From positions 43,604-107,603 of IMG/VR virus record IMGVR_UViG_3300047576_000027: DNA of 64,000 nucleotides, one strand, 5' to 3'. The DNA comes from a virus. Taxonomy: Duplodnaviria > Caudoviricetes. The notes under the pieces are model-generated. The model was not told where the DNA came from. It ran no database searches and worked only from the letters and a program-made list of their open reading frames with translations. The position numbers and the translations under genes were made by a program. Position 1 is the first letter of the stretch; the number at the start of each line of letters is the position of its first letter. Positions 29,237-37,768 of this stretch are shown in pieces.

Positions 29237-30121
29237 TTAGTTCGTCAACTCTGCCGATTGAACGTCCATCGCCAGGCTTCGTAGCAGGGCACTGCGATCA
29301 AACCCTTCCGCACCCTTGTGAACAGAGAGAGCGCTGGGCGTTGCATCTGCCCCTCCGTTGATCAGGCGGGATGAGTTCTGCTGCTTGCGCTCCTCGTCCC
29401 ACCTGGCCCGCTCTGCCGCCACGGCTGCCTTGATTTCATTGGCACGGGCTTCCTGCTGAAACTTCTCGCGCTCCGGCTTATCCCACTCGTCGTAGGCGGC
29501 TTCCAGGTTTCCGTTCGTTTTTTCGGTCGCGAGTTTCGTTACGGCATCGAAGTCCAGCGGGGTTTTCCGCTGGGCAGAGATGTGCTTGAGCACAATCTTT
29601 CCGGCGCCCGTTACGAGTTCGCCCCACTTTGGGGCATATCCTTCGGCGATCCGTTTGTCCACAAGTCGCTGGATATCTGCCTCAGCGACGGCTGGCGAAG
29701 TTCCCGCCTTAATCCGCGCATCAACCAGCGACTGGACCTGCGCTTCGGTTAGCGTTCCCGATCCCGTGCTCACTGGCGGTGTCACGGCTGGCAACTCCCC
29801 TGCGGCGGCTTTGGTAAATGCGTCTGCCCCCCATTTGTCGTTAAAAGCCTTGATCGCCTTGTCATTGGCAACGATGGCCGCGACGTTCTTTTCATACCAT
29901 TCGCGAGTCTGTCGCGCACCGACCTTCCCTGCCGCCTGGTCGCCTTCCAGTTCAGCCTGAAGTGCCTGGCGCTCATTCATGATGCGGTCAAACTCAGACT
30001 GTTGCTTCAACCCGGCAGCTTTCGCTTTCACCGCATCACGCTGCACAGCTTTTGTGACGACGGCTTTTTCCGCGTCGTCCAATCCGTCTGTCAGCCATCC
30101 CAAAAATTCGTTTACGTCCAT
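29237..30121 (-). CDS. Capsid scaffolding protein
   Basis: Helical, charged; LEAAYDEW; directly upstream of MCP. Confidence 0.7.
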   Translation of the reverse strand: MDVNEFLGWLTDGLDDAEKAVVTKAVQRDAVKAKAAGLKQQSEFDRIMNERQALQAELEGDQAAGKVGARQTREWYEKNVAAIVANDKAIKAFNDKWGADAFTKAAAGELPAVTPPVSTGSGTLTEAQVQSLVDARIKAGTSPAVAEADIQRLVDKRIAEGYAPKWGELVTGAGKIVLKHISAQRKTPLDFDAVTKLATEKTNGNLEAAYDEWDKPEREKFQQEARANEIKAAVAAERARWDEERKQQNSSRLINGGADATPSALSVHKGAEGFDRSALLRSLAMDVQSAELTN

Positions 30122-30127
30122 AGATTT

Positions 30128-30526
30128 TTACTGTGCTCCTGGTACTGGGGGTGTTCCGCCCTGAGGTATTCCTGAAGGCGCTGCGCCTTGTGGCGTTGCG
30201 CCTCCTGGTATTGCCTGAATTCCCGATGACTGACCGGTCGGTTGCAACGCCTGTTGCGCCGCCATCGGCAAGAGTGAAGTTGCCAGCGCGATAATTTGCG
30301 CGCACGGCTGTTCTGACCCCGGCACGGCCCCGGACTGCACGATTTGCTTGCACGCCGCCACGATGGAATCAACCGCCTGCTTGGTCGGCCCTACCGCCGA
30401 AATCAGTGCGGCCATGGCGGACTGCTGATTCGTCCCTCCGGGCGCGCCACCGGTTCCCGCCGCCGACTGAAGGTCCGGCAATGGCGGAAGCGGAGCGGCA
30501 TTCGGAGATTGGGTAGACGGACTCAC
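30128..30526 (-). CDS. Pro/Gln/Ala-rich head-region protein
   Basis: Composition and position. Confidence 0.6.
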   Translation of the reverse strand: MSPSTQSPNAAPLPPLPDLQSAAGTGGAPGGTNQQSAMAALISAVGPTKQAVDSIVAACKQIVQSGAVPGSEQPCAQIIALATSLLPMAAQQALQPTGQSSGIQAIPGGATPQGAAPSGIPQGGTPPVPGAQ

Positions 30527-30675
30527 TTACAGGCTGGCCCTTCCAGGCGCGCACCGGGCGCACCCTTGCTTTTCGCCAGAGTCGCGGAGCCCATAGTTTT
30601 CTTCATGCCCCCGCTGCTGTTGCGCTTGCCCATCGCTCCGTCGCTCTTTTTGCCCATCTTTTCGGCGTTCTTCAT
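30523..30675 (-). CDS. Small Lys/Met/Gly-rich peptide (50 aa, not in ORF track)
   Basis: MKNAEKMGKKSDGAMGKRNSSGGMKKTMGS...; GTGA overlap. Confidence 0.6.
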   Translation of the reverse strand: MKNAEKMGKKSDGAMGKRNSSGGMKKTMGSATLAKSKGAPGARLEGPACK

Positions 30676-30684
30676 TGGGATCGC

Positions 30685-30804
30685 CTACTTTTTCATCGAT
30701 TCGTGTTTTTCGGTCTTCTTCGCCATTTTGGACTCGTGCTTCTTGCCCATATGGCCCTCGGCCTTTTTGCCGAAAGTTTTCTTTTCCTCGTGCTCTTTTT
30801 TCAT
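30685..30804 (-). CDS. Small Lys/Glu/His-rich peptide (39 aa, not in ORF track)
   Basis: RBS AGGAG; MKKEHEEKKTFGKKAEGHMGKKHESKMAKKTEKHESMKK. Confidence 0.6.
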   Translation of the reverse strand: MKKEHEEKKTFGKKAEGHMGKKHESKMAKKTEKHESMKK

Positions 30805-30866
30805 TTACGCGACTCCTGAAATTTAGATGAGCGCCGAGGCGCTGGAATACTGACCGTTAAAGCGCA

Positions 30867-31091
30867 TCATGCGAGCGCGCCTTTTCCCCGCAAACGGGCG
30901 AGAGATTCGGATTTGGTTGTAGCCCCGGACTTGCTCAACTTCCCGGCGTTGGTTCCGGCGAACTTTTGGGGTTTGCCCATTGCGCCGACTTTGGCGAACG
31001 GCGAACGACTCATTCCCAGCGCGGAGGCTTTGCCGCCGATGCCGGGTTCGTTGTCGTTGTTGCCCGCTGTGATAGCGCCGTTATATGCCAC
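30867..31091 (-). CDS. Small basic Gly/Lys-rich protein
   Basis: First gene of head cassette. Confidence 0.55.
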   Translation of the reverse strand: MAYNGAITAGNNDNEPGIGGKASALGMSRSPFAKVGAMGKPQKFAGTNAGKLSKSGATTKSESLARLRGKGALA

Positions 31092-31197
31092 TAAACGTCA
31101 TGATGAATGCAAAGGGGTTAGCAATGGAAATGAGGCATGTCCCTGAATTTCCCCAGACTTCGGTAGAGATTCCGCATTGTGCTAACATTTGGGAAAG

Positions 31198-31365
31198 GTG
31201 CCTGAAAATAAAAGCACAGTCTACATGTCTCCAAAGGAAGTCGCTGGACTCTACGGGGTCTGCACGAAGACCGTACTCCGCTGGATCAGGGACAAAAAAA
31301 TCCACACCGTTCAGATCACGGACGGCGGTCGGCGATTTATTCAGGAGAAGGATTTACCCAAGTGA
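31198..31365 (+). CDS. Excisionase/MerR-like HTH protein (55 aa, not in ORF track)
   Basis: YMSPKEVAGLYGVCTKTVLRWIRDKKI...GGRRFI. Confidence 0.8.
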   Translation: MPENKSTVYMSPKEVAGLYGVCTKTVLRWIRDKKIHTVQITDGGRRFIQEKDLPK

Positions 31366-31388
31366 CGGGACGAATAATCGAGGCTTAA

Positions 31389-31553
31389 ATGATCGGCACA
31401 AACACAATCACGTTCAACATGGAACAGGCCAAAGACATCCTGGAAAAACACATCAAGGACGAGATCCTGCGCGACGGGGATTTCTCCGTAACGAAAGTGG
31501 ATTACGACTACACCAAGTCGGCGTTCACAATTACGATGGAACCGAAGGGGTAA
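31389..31553 (+). CDS. Small hypothetical protein (54 aa)
   Basis: RBS GAGG; MIGTNTITFNMEQAKDILEKH. Confidence 0.55.
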   Translation: MIGTNTITFNMEQAKDILEKHIKDEILRDGDFSVTKVDYDYTKSAFTITMEPKG

Positions 31554-31560
31554 GAGCCGA

Positions 31561-31917
31561 TTGACCGACTCCGATCTTGCGGGACTCGCCGACAAGTGGC
31601 AGAAGATCCTTTGGCTTCGCGATTGGGAAGTAAAGGTCCGGTTCGCACGGCACTTTGATTTGCCGGATGGCAAGGATGCGCATGTCACCTTCAGCAGGCC
31701 ACACCGTACCGCCAGCATCAGGATTCTTGACTCTCAGGACTACGATCCGGGATGGACGAATTTCCCGGAAGATCCGGAAGCATCGCTTGTACATGAACTG
31801 CTCCACCTCCACTTCGCCGTCTTCGATGAAGACTTCGGGTCAGAGATGATTAAACGTGAAGAGGTCGTGGTGAATGCGCTTGAGAAGGCTTTCGTTCGGC
31901 TGGCACGCGGCCAGTGA
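31561..31917 (+). CDS. Zinc metallopeptidase-like protein
   Basis: LVHELLHLH (HExxH) plus downstream EE. Confidence 0.75.
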   Translation: MTDSDLAGLADKWQKILWLRDWEVKVRFARHFDLPDGKDAHVTFSRPHRTASIRILDSQDYDPGWTNFPEDPEASLVHELLHLHFAVFDEDFGSEMIKREEVVVNALEKAFVRLARGQ

Positions 31918-32044
31918 CCGTGAGTTTCCTTCTGACATGCCTTAACCGGAACTCCTCTGGCTCCGCGCCATCACACTTCAGGCACACCGGGATGTTATTT
32001 ACGTGCAAACGGGTTCCTTCGCCGCAGTTGTAGCAATCGGACAT
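31850..32044 (-). CDS. Small zinc-finger protein
   Basis: CYNCG...CLKC. Confidence 0.45.
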   Translation of the reverse strand: MSDCYNCGEGTRLHVNNIPVCLKCDGAEPEEFRLRHVRRKLTVTGRVPAERKPSQAHSPRPLHV

Positions 32045-32195
32045 TCAGGGAGTTTACCGCTTGAGCGGTGGTTGTGTCTGGTCAATTTTGATCAGTAGTG
32101 CGCGAATGGGCCGTGGAAGATTATCGCGATTTAATTGATTCCACGATAGTCTCAAAGCAGCGCCGATACAACTTCAGCCCTCACAATAACACAAA

Positions 32196-34211
32196 TCATC
32201 CCGATGATGTTATGGTAGGTCCGTTGCTATTTTGGCCCATTGCGGGAGGTGCCTGATCCGTCGCCTTGCGGCCCTGAGCATTAGCTATCATGCCGATCCC
32301 CAGTTGCTGCTGAAGTGCAAGTCTGCCTAACTCATCAGGCGGAACGGTTATGCCAGCAGGAACAAAAGCTGCCAGTTTCCCCATTTTTTCCCACAAAGTA
32401 AAAACCGAGCAAAATCCCATTTTCGACATCATAAAATACTTCATCAACTCCTCCTGGTTCGCCGAATTCAGCAAACTTGAAGGATCAAACTGGCAAGTGA
32501 ACGACTGTAGCATCACCTTGCAGCGCTCATAAGCAGGACGAGGATTCTCCAGGCCAAGAGCATTCTCATCCCCTGCGATATCCCCTGGTTCTCCGTCTGG
32601 CACATCGTCCGGAATCTGAGTCCCATAATCGAAATCGAAATCTTCCCTGGTCGCCGCCGAAGGACCTAGCATCGCCACGCGCTTCGCGAGCGTCCCGAAT
32701 TCCATCATGCCGTACAACTGAAATTCGGCGAGGGACTTATAGCAACCCTCGAGTGCTCTGGACCGCAGGCGAACTCCCGGCGTCATGGTCTTAAACAGCG
32801 TGTCAATAGTATCGTCGGAAGGCATCTGCCCGAGAGACGCCAGCGATGAAGGATCGACCGTGCCGGCCGTACGCATCATCATTTGGATCGACCACTCTAT
32901 CGACTGCATGATCATCGCATCCAGCGGCGGCGGGTGAATAATATTCAATCCCTTCCCCGACGCCATATTAGTCCGGATCTTCATCCCCGCCGCGCGGGTA
33001 TCTGCCTTCTGAACCTCGGCCTTTGATACGTTGCGGTCAGCCACAATCCCCGGTTGCGCGACCTGTTCGCAATGGTCGTCCACCACGCGGAGTTTTTTGT
33101 TGACCGATTCTTCCAGCGGGATACAGTCCCACAGCGGAGCTTTGCCGAACCAGGCTTTCGGCCACGGGTTGAGGGTAAACTTGATGAGCGGGAACTTCGC
33201 GTGCCAGTATGGGCACGGGCCATCATGCAACAGCGTATTGCCGCCCCAGACGATCATGCGATTAAACGGATAGAGCGGCGCGTCTGGCTTTACCTCATAG
33301 GACCATTGCGTCTGGCCCTGCCATTGCTTTTTCTTCGGTCCCGGAATGCCGGTTATCGGATCAGATTCGCCAGGGACTTCTACCTCTTCCCACGGCCCCA
33401 TGCGCACGGTTTGCGAAGTTTTATTGACGCGCGGGTCTTTCAGATACAGGGTATTGACGAAAACAGTGGGGGTGGCCGGGATGCCCTGATCAGTGCCGGT
33501 TTTCTTGGCGAGCGGGCCTCCGCGTTCGCCAGGACCTTCAATCAAACGGGTTAGCCATCCGAAAAAGCCTAAACCCCTGCCGCCAACGTCCGGCTTGACG
33601 TCTTTGTTGAACTCTTCCTTCACCCAGTCCGGAGTGCGGGCACGCCGGACGATAACGCCTTTGCAGTCCTGAAACGTGTGGTAGGAGATGGGATCGACCG
33701 GATAGACGTTTCGGGGGTCTTCCGCCTCGACCATGAAATCGTTCAGTCGGCGGGAGAAATAGTGATGGAGAACGCCGGTTCCCGCAAAGGTCCAGTAGCG
33801 GATGACGTCGCCGATGCGGAGGTCGATCTGGTTATCAATGTACCATCGCTCTGCCTCTTTATTGCTATTCTCAGCTTGTTTTTGATATTTGGGGTTTAGT
33901 GTGGTGTAGTTCCAGAAGTACCTCGTGTCTGTCAGCATTGCGGTCAGATCTTCCGCGATTTTCGCGATAAGATTCACGCGCGTCTGAGAGAGTTTGCGCC
34001 CGCCGCTGGGTGAGTAGGATGCGGTGGACTGGTTCTCGAATGCGAATATGGCCCGTTCAGCGATGGCGATTTTGTCGAAACCTACCGCGGTCTCGATGAA
34101 CTCCTTGCCGCGAACCAGCATCAGGTCGCACCACTTGACGATATCGCCCTCGCGGGTGTCCGGTTTTACTTCTTCATAGTTCAGAGCTGGCAGGTCGAAG
34201 AAATCAGGCAC
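32196..34211 (-). CDS. Portal protein
   Basis: 671 aa; DPRNVYP, CPYWHAKFP, WFG...LEESVNK (P22/T7-like portal). Confidence 0.85.
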   Translation of the reverse strand: MPDFFDLPALNYEEVKPDTREGDIVKWCDLMLVRGKEFIETAVGFDKIAIAERAIFAFENQSTASYSPSGGRKLSQTRVNLIAKIAEDLTAMLTDTRYFWNYTTLNPKYQKQAENSNKEAERWYIDNQIDLRIGDVIRYWTFAGTGVLHHYFSRRLNDFMVEAEDPRNVYPVDPISYHTFQDCKGVIVRRARTPDWVKEEFNKDVKPDVGGRGLGFFGWLTRLIEGPGERGGPLAKKTGTDQGIPATPTVFVNTLYLKDPRVNKTSQTVRMGPWEEVEVPGESDPITGIPGPKKKQWQGQTQWSYEVKPDAPLYPFNRMIVWGGNTLLHDGPCPYWHAKFPLIKFTLNPWPKAWFGKAPLWDCIPLEESVNKKLRVVDDHCEQVAQPGIVADRNVSKAEVQKADTRAAGMKIRTNMASGKGLNIIHPPPLDAMIMQSIEWSIQMMMRTAGTVDPSSLASLGQMPSDDTIDTLFKTMTPGVRLRSRALEGCYKSLAEFQLYGMMEFGTLAKRVAMLGPSAATREDFDFDYGTQIPDDVPDGEPGDIAGDENALGLENPRPAYERCKVMLQSFTCQFDPSSLLNSANQEELMKYFMMSKMGFCSVFTLWEKMGKLAAFVPAGITVPPDELGRLALQQQLGIGMIANAQGRKATDQAPPAMGQNSNGPTITSSG

Positions 34212-34273
34212 TTAACGAACAGTATAGTGCCTGCGAGAACGCGGACTGTTCGGGAGTCGCCCCGCAATTGTAT

Positions 34274-34747
34274 TCATTCACTGTCAGCACCATCGGAGAG
34301 CGGCCTCTCCATAGTCCACGGCCCCGACTGAATCGCGGCGCGGACCTCGTTCACCAGCGAATCAATAACCTCTTTCGGCGCGTGCGGGCGCATCGGCGGG
34401 GCTTCGGTTACAGGTTCGTTCCCGGAAGCGTAATTCGATGCTTCGTGTACCGATCCCGTCTCCCGCTCGTATTGCGTCATGGACATGATCTCGCGGCGCT
34501 CAAATCCCTGGCGGGAATAGACCTCGGGCATCTGCTGGTCGGCCCGCGGCGGAGTTCGGCGTTCGCCGGTGATGGGGTTGACATACACAACGGCACGCTC
34601 TGCCGAATGAATTTGCGCATGTCGCTCCACCCGATCCCGCGTGCAACACGGACAGACACGCACGGCCCCTTCGTTTCTGGTGCCGTTCGGGCAGCGCCAT
34701 GAAACGAGGGTTCTGCGACCTGTGGTTATTTTGGCGAGGTCAGGCAT
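34274..34747 (-). CDS. Hypothetical protein upstream of portal (Cys-containing)
   Basis: Position; VYVNPITGE. Confidence 0.55.
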   Translation of the reverse strand: MPDLAKITTGRRTLVSWRCPNGTRNEGAVRVCPCCTRDRVERHAQIHSAERAVVYVNPITGERRTPPRADQQMPEVYSRQGFERREIMSMTQYERETGSVHEASNYASGNEPVTEAPPMRPHAPKEVIDSLVNEVRAAIQSGPWTMERPLSDGADSE

Positions 34748-34753
34748 GGCTGG

Positions 34754-35065
34754 CTACCATCTGTATTGGCCTTTGAGTATCAACGAGCTGATTTCTACGG
34801 TCGTAAACACTTGCGGAGTATGGGCGATGGCCCATGCGAGTCCCTGAACCGGAACGTAAAAATTAGCAATTGCCTCGTCCCAGTCCCACGGCACTTCTGG
34901 CTTCTCTCCGAGAAGCGCAGCGCGACAAAGCATGTCTTCTGCCTTGTAACGATCACCTCCGTAGAACTCAATCATTTTTCGGCGGCTCAGATAATCTGGT
35001 TCGGGTGCTGTTTTTTGGGCGATTGGGGGCGTAACTCCTCCGCTACCCTTGTTGCGGAACCACAT
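34754..35065 (-). CDS. Hypothetical protein
   Basis: RBS AGGAG. Confidence 0.5.
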   Translation of the reverse strand: MWFRNKGSGGVTPPIAQKTAPEPDYLSRRKMIEFYGGDRYKAEDMLCRAALLGEKPEVPWDWDEAIANFYVPVQGLAWAIAHTPQVFTTVEISSLILKGQYRW

Positions 35066-35160
35066 GATCCTGCTCCTTCTGAATTGCGACCGTCTGTTTC
35101 ATGATCCCCATCGAATGGACATCGCAGGATCTCCCCGCGCATCATGGACGTGTCGCAAAA

Positions 35161-35418
35161 TTATGTAATCCTCTGCCTCTCAAAATGCCGCAACCCGCGC
35201 GTGTCCCAAAGGAACGCGGCCATGTCCCGGCCGACCCGTTCCAGGTCGAACCGCTTCGCTGCGTCGGGAGCGATGCTGAACATGACGGTGAGTGAGCCAT
35301 CGGATTCGAGATTCACGATGCATGGCTGGCGCTGGGGTGGTGGCTGGATTGCCGTTGGCTGAATCGGCACTGGCGGGATCGCCACTGGCGGGGAAAGTTT
35401 TTGGGCGGTTGGATGCAT
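35161..35418 (-). CDS. Hypothetical protein
   Basis: Operon continuity. Confidence 0.5.
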   Translation of the reverse strand: MHPTAQKLSPPVAIPPVPIQPTAIQPPPQRQPCIVNLESDGSLTVMFSIAPDAAKRFDLERVGRDMAAFLWDTRGLRHFERQRIT

Positions 35419-35423
35419 AAGTT

Positions 35424-35678
35424 CTATGGCCTGATTATACTATCTGGCAGCGCGGCCGGTGGTTGCGGTGCCACCGTAGTAGTAGCCTGCGTCGTAGTGG
35501 TTGTTCCAGGCGGCGGCGAAGCCGGTTGCCGGTTTCCCGAGATGGCCCCGGCGATTCCCACTGCCCCGGCCACCAGTTCCCCGATGGTTCCGCCATCCTT
35601 GTTCCCATGCAGTTCCAGAATCACGACTACGGCCAGTACCATTGCGAGGGCGATGATCTGGCCTGCGTGTTCCTTCAT
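35424..35678 (-). CDS. Two-TM membrane protein, holin-like
   Basis: Two hydrophobic segments plus Thr/Pro tail. Confidence 0.5.
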   Translation of the reverse strand: MKEHAGQIIALAMVLAVVVILELHGNKDGGTIGELVAGAVGIAGAISGNRQPASPPPGTTTTTQATTTVAPQPPAALPDSIIRP

Positions 35679-35802
35679 GAGAGAAGGATATCAGAATCTT
35701 AATTTACTATTTTGACAATGACCGCAACTGTAAGGAACCCGGTATCGCGCAACTCAGTGATTTGTCCGAAGAGTGCGTCGTCGTTTCCAAGCGCCAGATC
35801 CA

Positions 35803-36220
35803 ATGCCTTCCCTAGTTAAGATCGAGACACCAGAAGGACATGGCACTGGCTTCTTGTGTCTTTACAACGAGGCCCACGATGTTTGCGGAATCGCCACGGC
35901 GAGACACGTAGTGGAGCACGCGGATGAATGGCAGCAGCCGGTGCGGATAACAAAGCCACAATCAAGCCTGACTCATTTCGCGAAAGAGAGCGATAGGGTT
36001 ATTTTCCTGGACGATGAAACAGATTCAGCGGTGATTCTTTTTTTTGGCGGCATCCACGAGAAGCTTCAGTTTCCAGAGATTCTCGTACCACTCCTCCCGC
36101 CCGAAAAGAACATCCCGATTGGAGTTGAGGTTGGCTGGTTGGGATTCCCCGGAATCGACCCTGGTACACTGTGTTTTTTCTCGGGAAACATTAGCGCGCG
36201 AAAGCGCTCGTCCTACCTCC
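35803..36220 (+). pseudogene. Truncated trypsin-like serine protease fragment
   Basis: GTGF, TARHV (His), DSAVI (Asp), GWLGFP present; GxSGGP catalytic Ser segment absent. Confidence 0.7.
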
Positions 36221-36711
36221 ATCTGCCGAGTTTCGGCGTGATACCTGTACTCGCAGTCCCTAAGTGCTTTCTTAATCTCGGGAAACTTCCGGCTGACATC
36301 CTCCGTGCTGTCCTTCAGACCTTCACCATGAAGCAGCGCAAGTGCCCTGATGTATCGGTCGGCTGTTGGCCCGACCTTGGCTTTGTCATTTTCCCACTTG
36401 GAAACCGTAGTCGAGTCCACTGCCATATGGCCGGAAAACTCCGCTGCCGTCATTTTCAGATACTTACGGAGATAGCGAACCTCCGCTCCACTCAGATTCC
36501 ATGGCTTTTCGACTACAGCAAGCGCTATGCAGCGCATCAGATCGGCCATATCCGGAATGATCGGATCTTTGTTGCCACACTTTCGGCACTTGATTAGTTC
36601 AACGCCAATCAAGAGTACGTTCAGTCCGCTTTCAGTAAACTGGTACTCGCCTCGCGCCACTGTAGCGGGCGCGCCGCAATTGCTGCATTCCCACTCCTTC
36701 GGCTGTTTCAT
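36025..36711 (-). CDS. MqsA/YgiT-type zinc finger-HTH antitoxin (orphan)
   Basis: CSNCG...CRKCG; LSGAEVRYLRKYLKMTAAEFS...TVSKWEN. Confidence 0.85.
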   Translation of the reverse strand: MKQPKEWECSNCGAPATVARGEYQFTESGLNVLLIGVELIKCRKCGNKDPIIPDMADLMRCIALAVVEKPWNLSGAEVRYLRKYLKMTAAEFSGHMAVDSTTVSKWENDKAKVGPTADRYIRALALLHGEGLKDSTEDVSRKFPEIKKALRDCEYRYHAETRQMEVGRALSRANVSREKTQCTRVDSGESQPANLNSNRDVLFGREEWYENLWKLKLLVDAAKKKNHR

Positions 36712-36835
36712 ATCGATAATTTAGCCTCTTCGTCCTGTCCTGTAGTCAAGTGCATAATTCACGCAAATTGTCCAGCGAAACTCGTCATTGTACCTTGTAC
36801 CGCACTTTTCACAGGTCACTGTCATGGCATCTCCC

Positions 36836-37768
36836 TTACCAGTCATCCGTGGCATGTTTCCGCCATTCCGAGAAGGATTCGTATTCGCCTTCAAAAACGG
36901 GGGAGCGGCGCTGGTAGTCGATGTCGCCAACGGGAGTTTCGGACAACTCCTGCCTCTCAGACTCTAAATTGTAGGTCCACTTGTGGGCCGCCCACAGCGC
37001 GAGATTTGATGCCATAAACCGGTCATCGTGCGAACCCCGGCTTCCAACTGCCCTCGCTTTACGGACGTCCACTTCTGCGCTTGCGTACTCTTCGCGGAGC
37101 CATTTGGACCGGATGACAACGTTCTCTTGCATCAGGTGACGCCGTGACCGATACCAGAGAATTTTCAGGCTCTCAAAATTAGAACGCCATCCAAGTGCCT
37201 GCGTTTCCTCTGCGACGTCTGCGATATGTTCCCAGTGCCAGAGATTAGCGTATCCAAGCCGGATCAATTCCTGAGTGGTCAGCATCCCGCACCCAGGGTA
37301 TCCTTCCCATATCAACTCACACTGGTCTTCGTCATCGCTGCGAAATATATTCCCCAAAATAAAGGCAATTCTCGCGATCTCAATTGCGTCACACGGAGCC
37401 GCAAATTCTGCAACCTGCACATCGAGGTAGCGTACCCTCTGGCGTTTCGTATGTGGATCGATGTCCGGCACCTTTTGTCCGTTTTCCTCTTTCCAGCAAA
37501 GCCGGGTCATGGCGCTCACGTCGTAGATGATGATCGCGCCGTTGTCTTTTTTCTTGTCGTCCGATGCGCGGGTTGCGCGGGACCAGCCGGTGATGCCCTC
37601 GCTCGAATCCAGACCCATGATGTACTTGTGACCCTTTTGGGGCGGTTCAAACATCAACAAAATGCCGCGCGGGTCACGTTTTACTTCTTCCCATGATTCT
37701 TCGGTGAAGTCTTCAATTCCGGAACCGGTCGGGAGATAGAGGCGCGGGGGGAATGATGGCTGGGTCAC
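36836..37768 (-). CDS. Terminase large subunit, nuclease domain (separate ORF)
   Basis: YIMGLDSSEG, QVAEF, HDDRFMA RNase-H acidic motifs. Confidence 0.85.
   Translation of the reverse strand: MTQPSFPPRLYLPTGSGIEDFTEESWEEVKRDPRGILLMFEPPQKGHKYIMGLDSSEGITGWSRATRASDDKKKDNGAIIIYDVSAMTRLCWKEENGQKVPDIDPHTKRQRVRYLDVQVAEFAAPCDAIEIARIAFILGNIFRSDDEDQCELIWEGYPGCGMLTTQELIRLGYANLWHWEHIADVAEETQALGWRSNFESLKILWYRSRRHLMQENVVIRSKWLREEYASAEVDVRKARAVGSRGSHDDRFMASNLALWAAHKWTYNLESERQELSETPVGDIDYQRRSPVFEGEYESFSEWRKHATDDW

Noticed and set aside
30523-30804. TAG readthrough or alternative genetic code joining two in-frame Lys-rich ORFs
   Set aside because: Long genes are intact under code 11 and the second ORF has its own ATG; no genome-wide recoding signal
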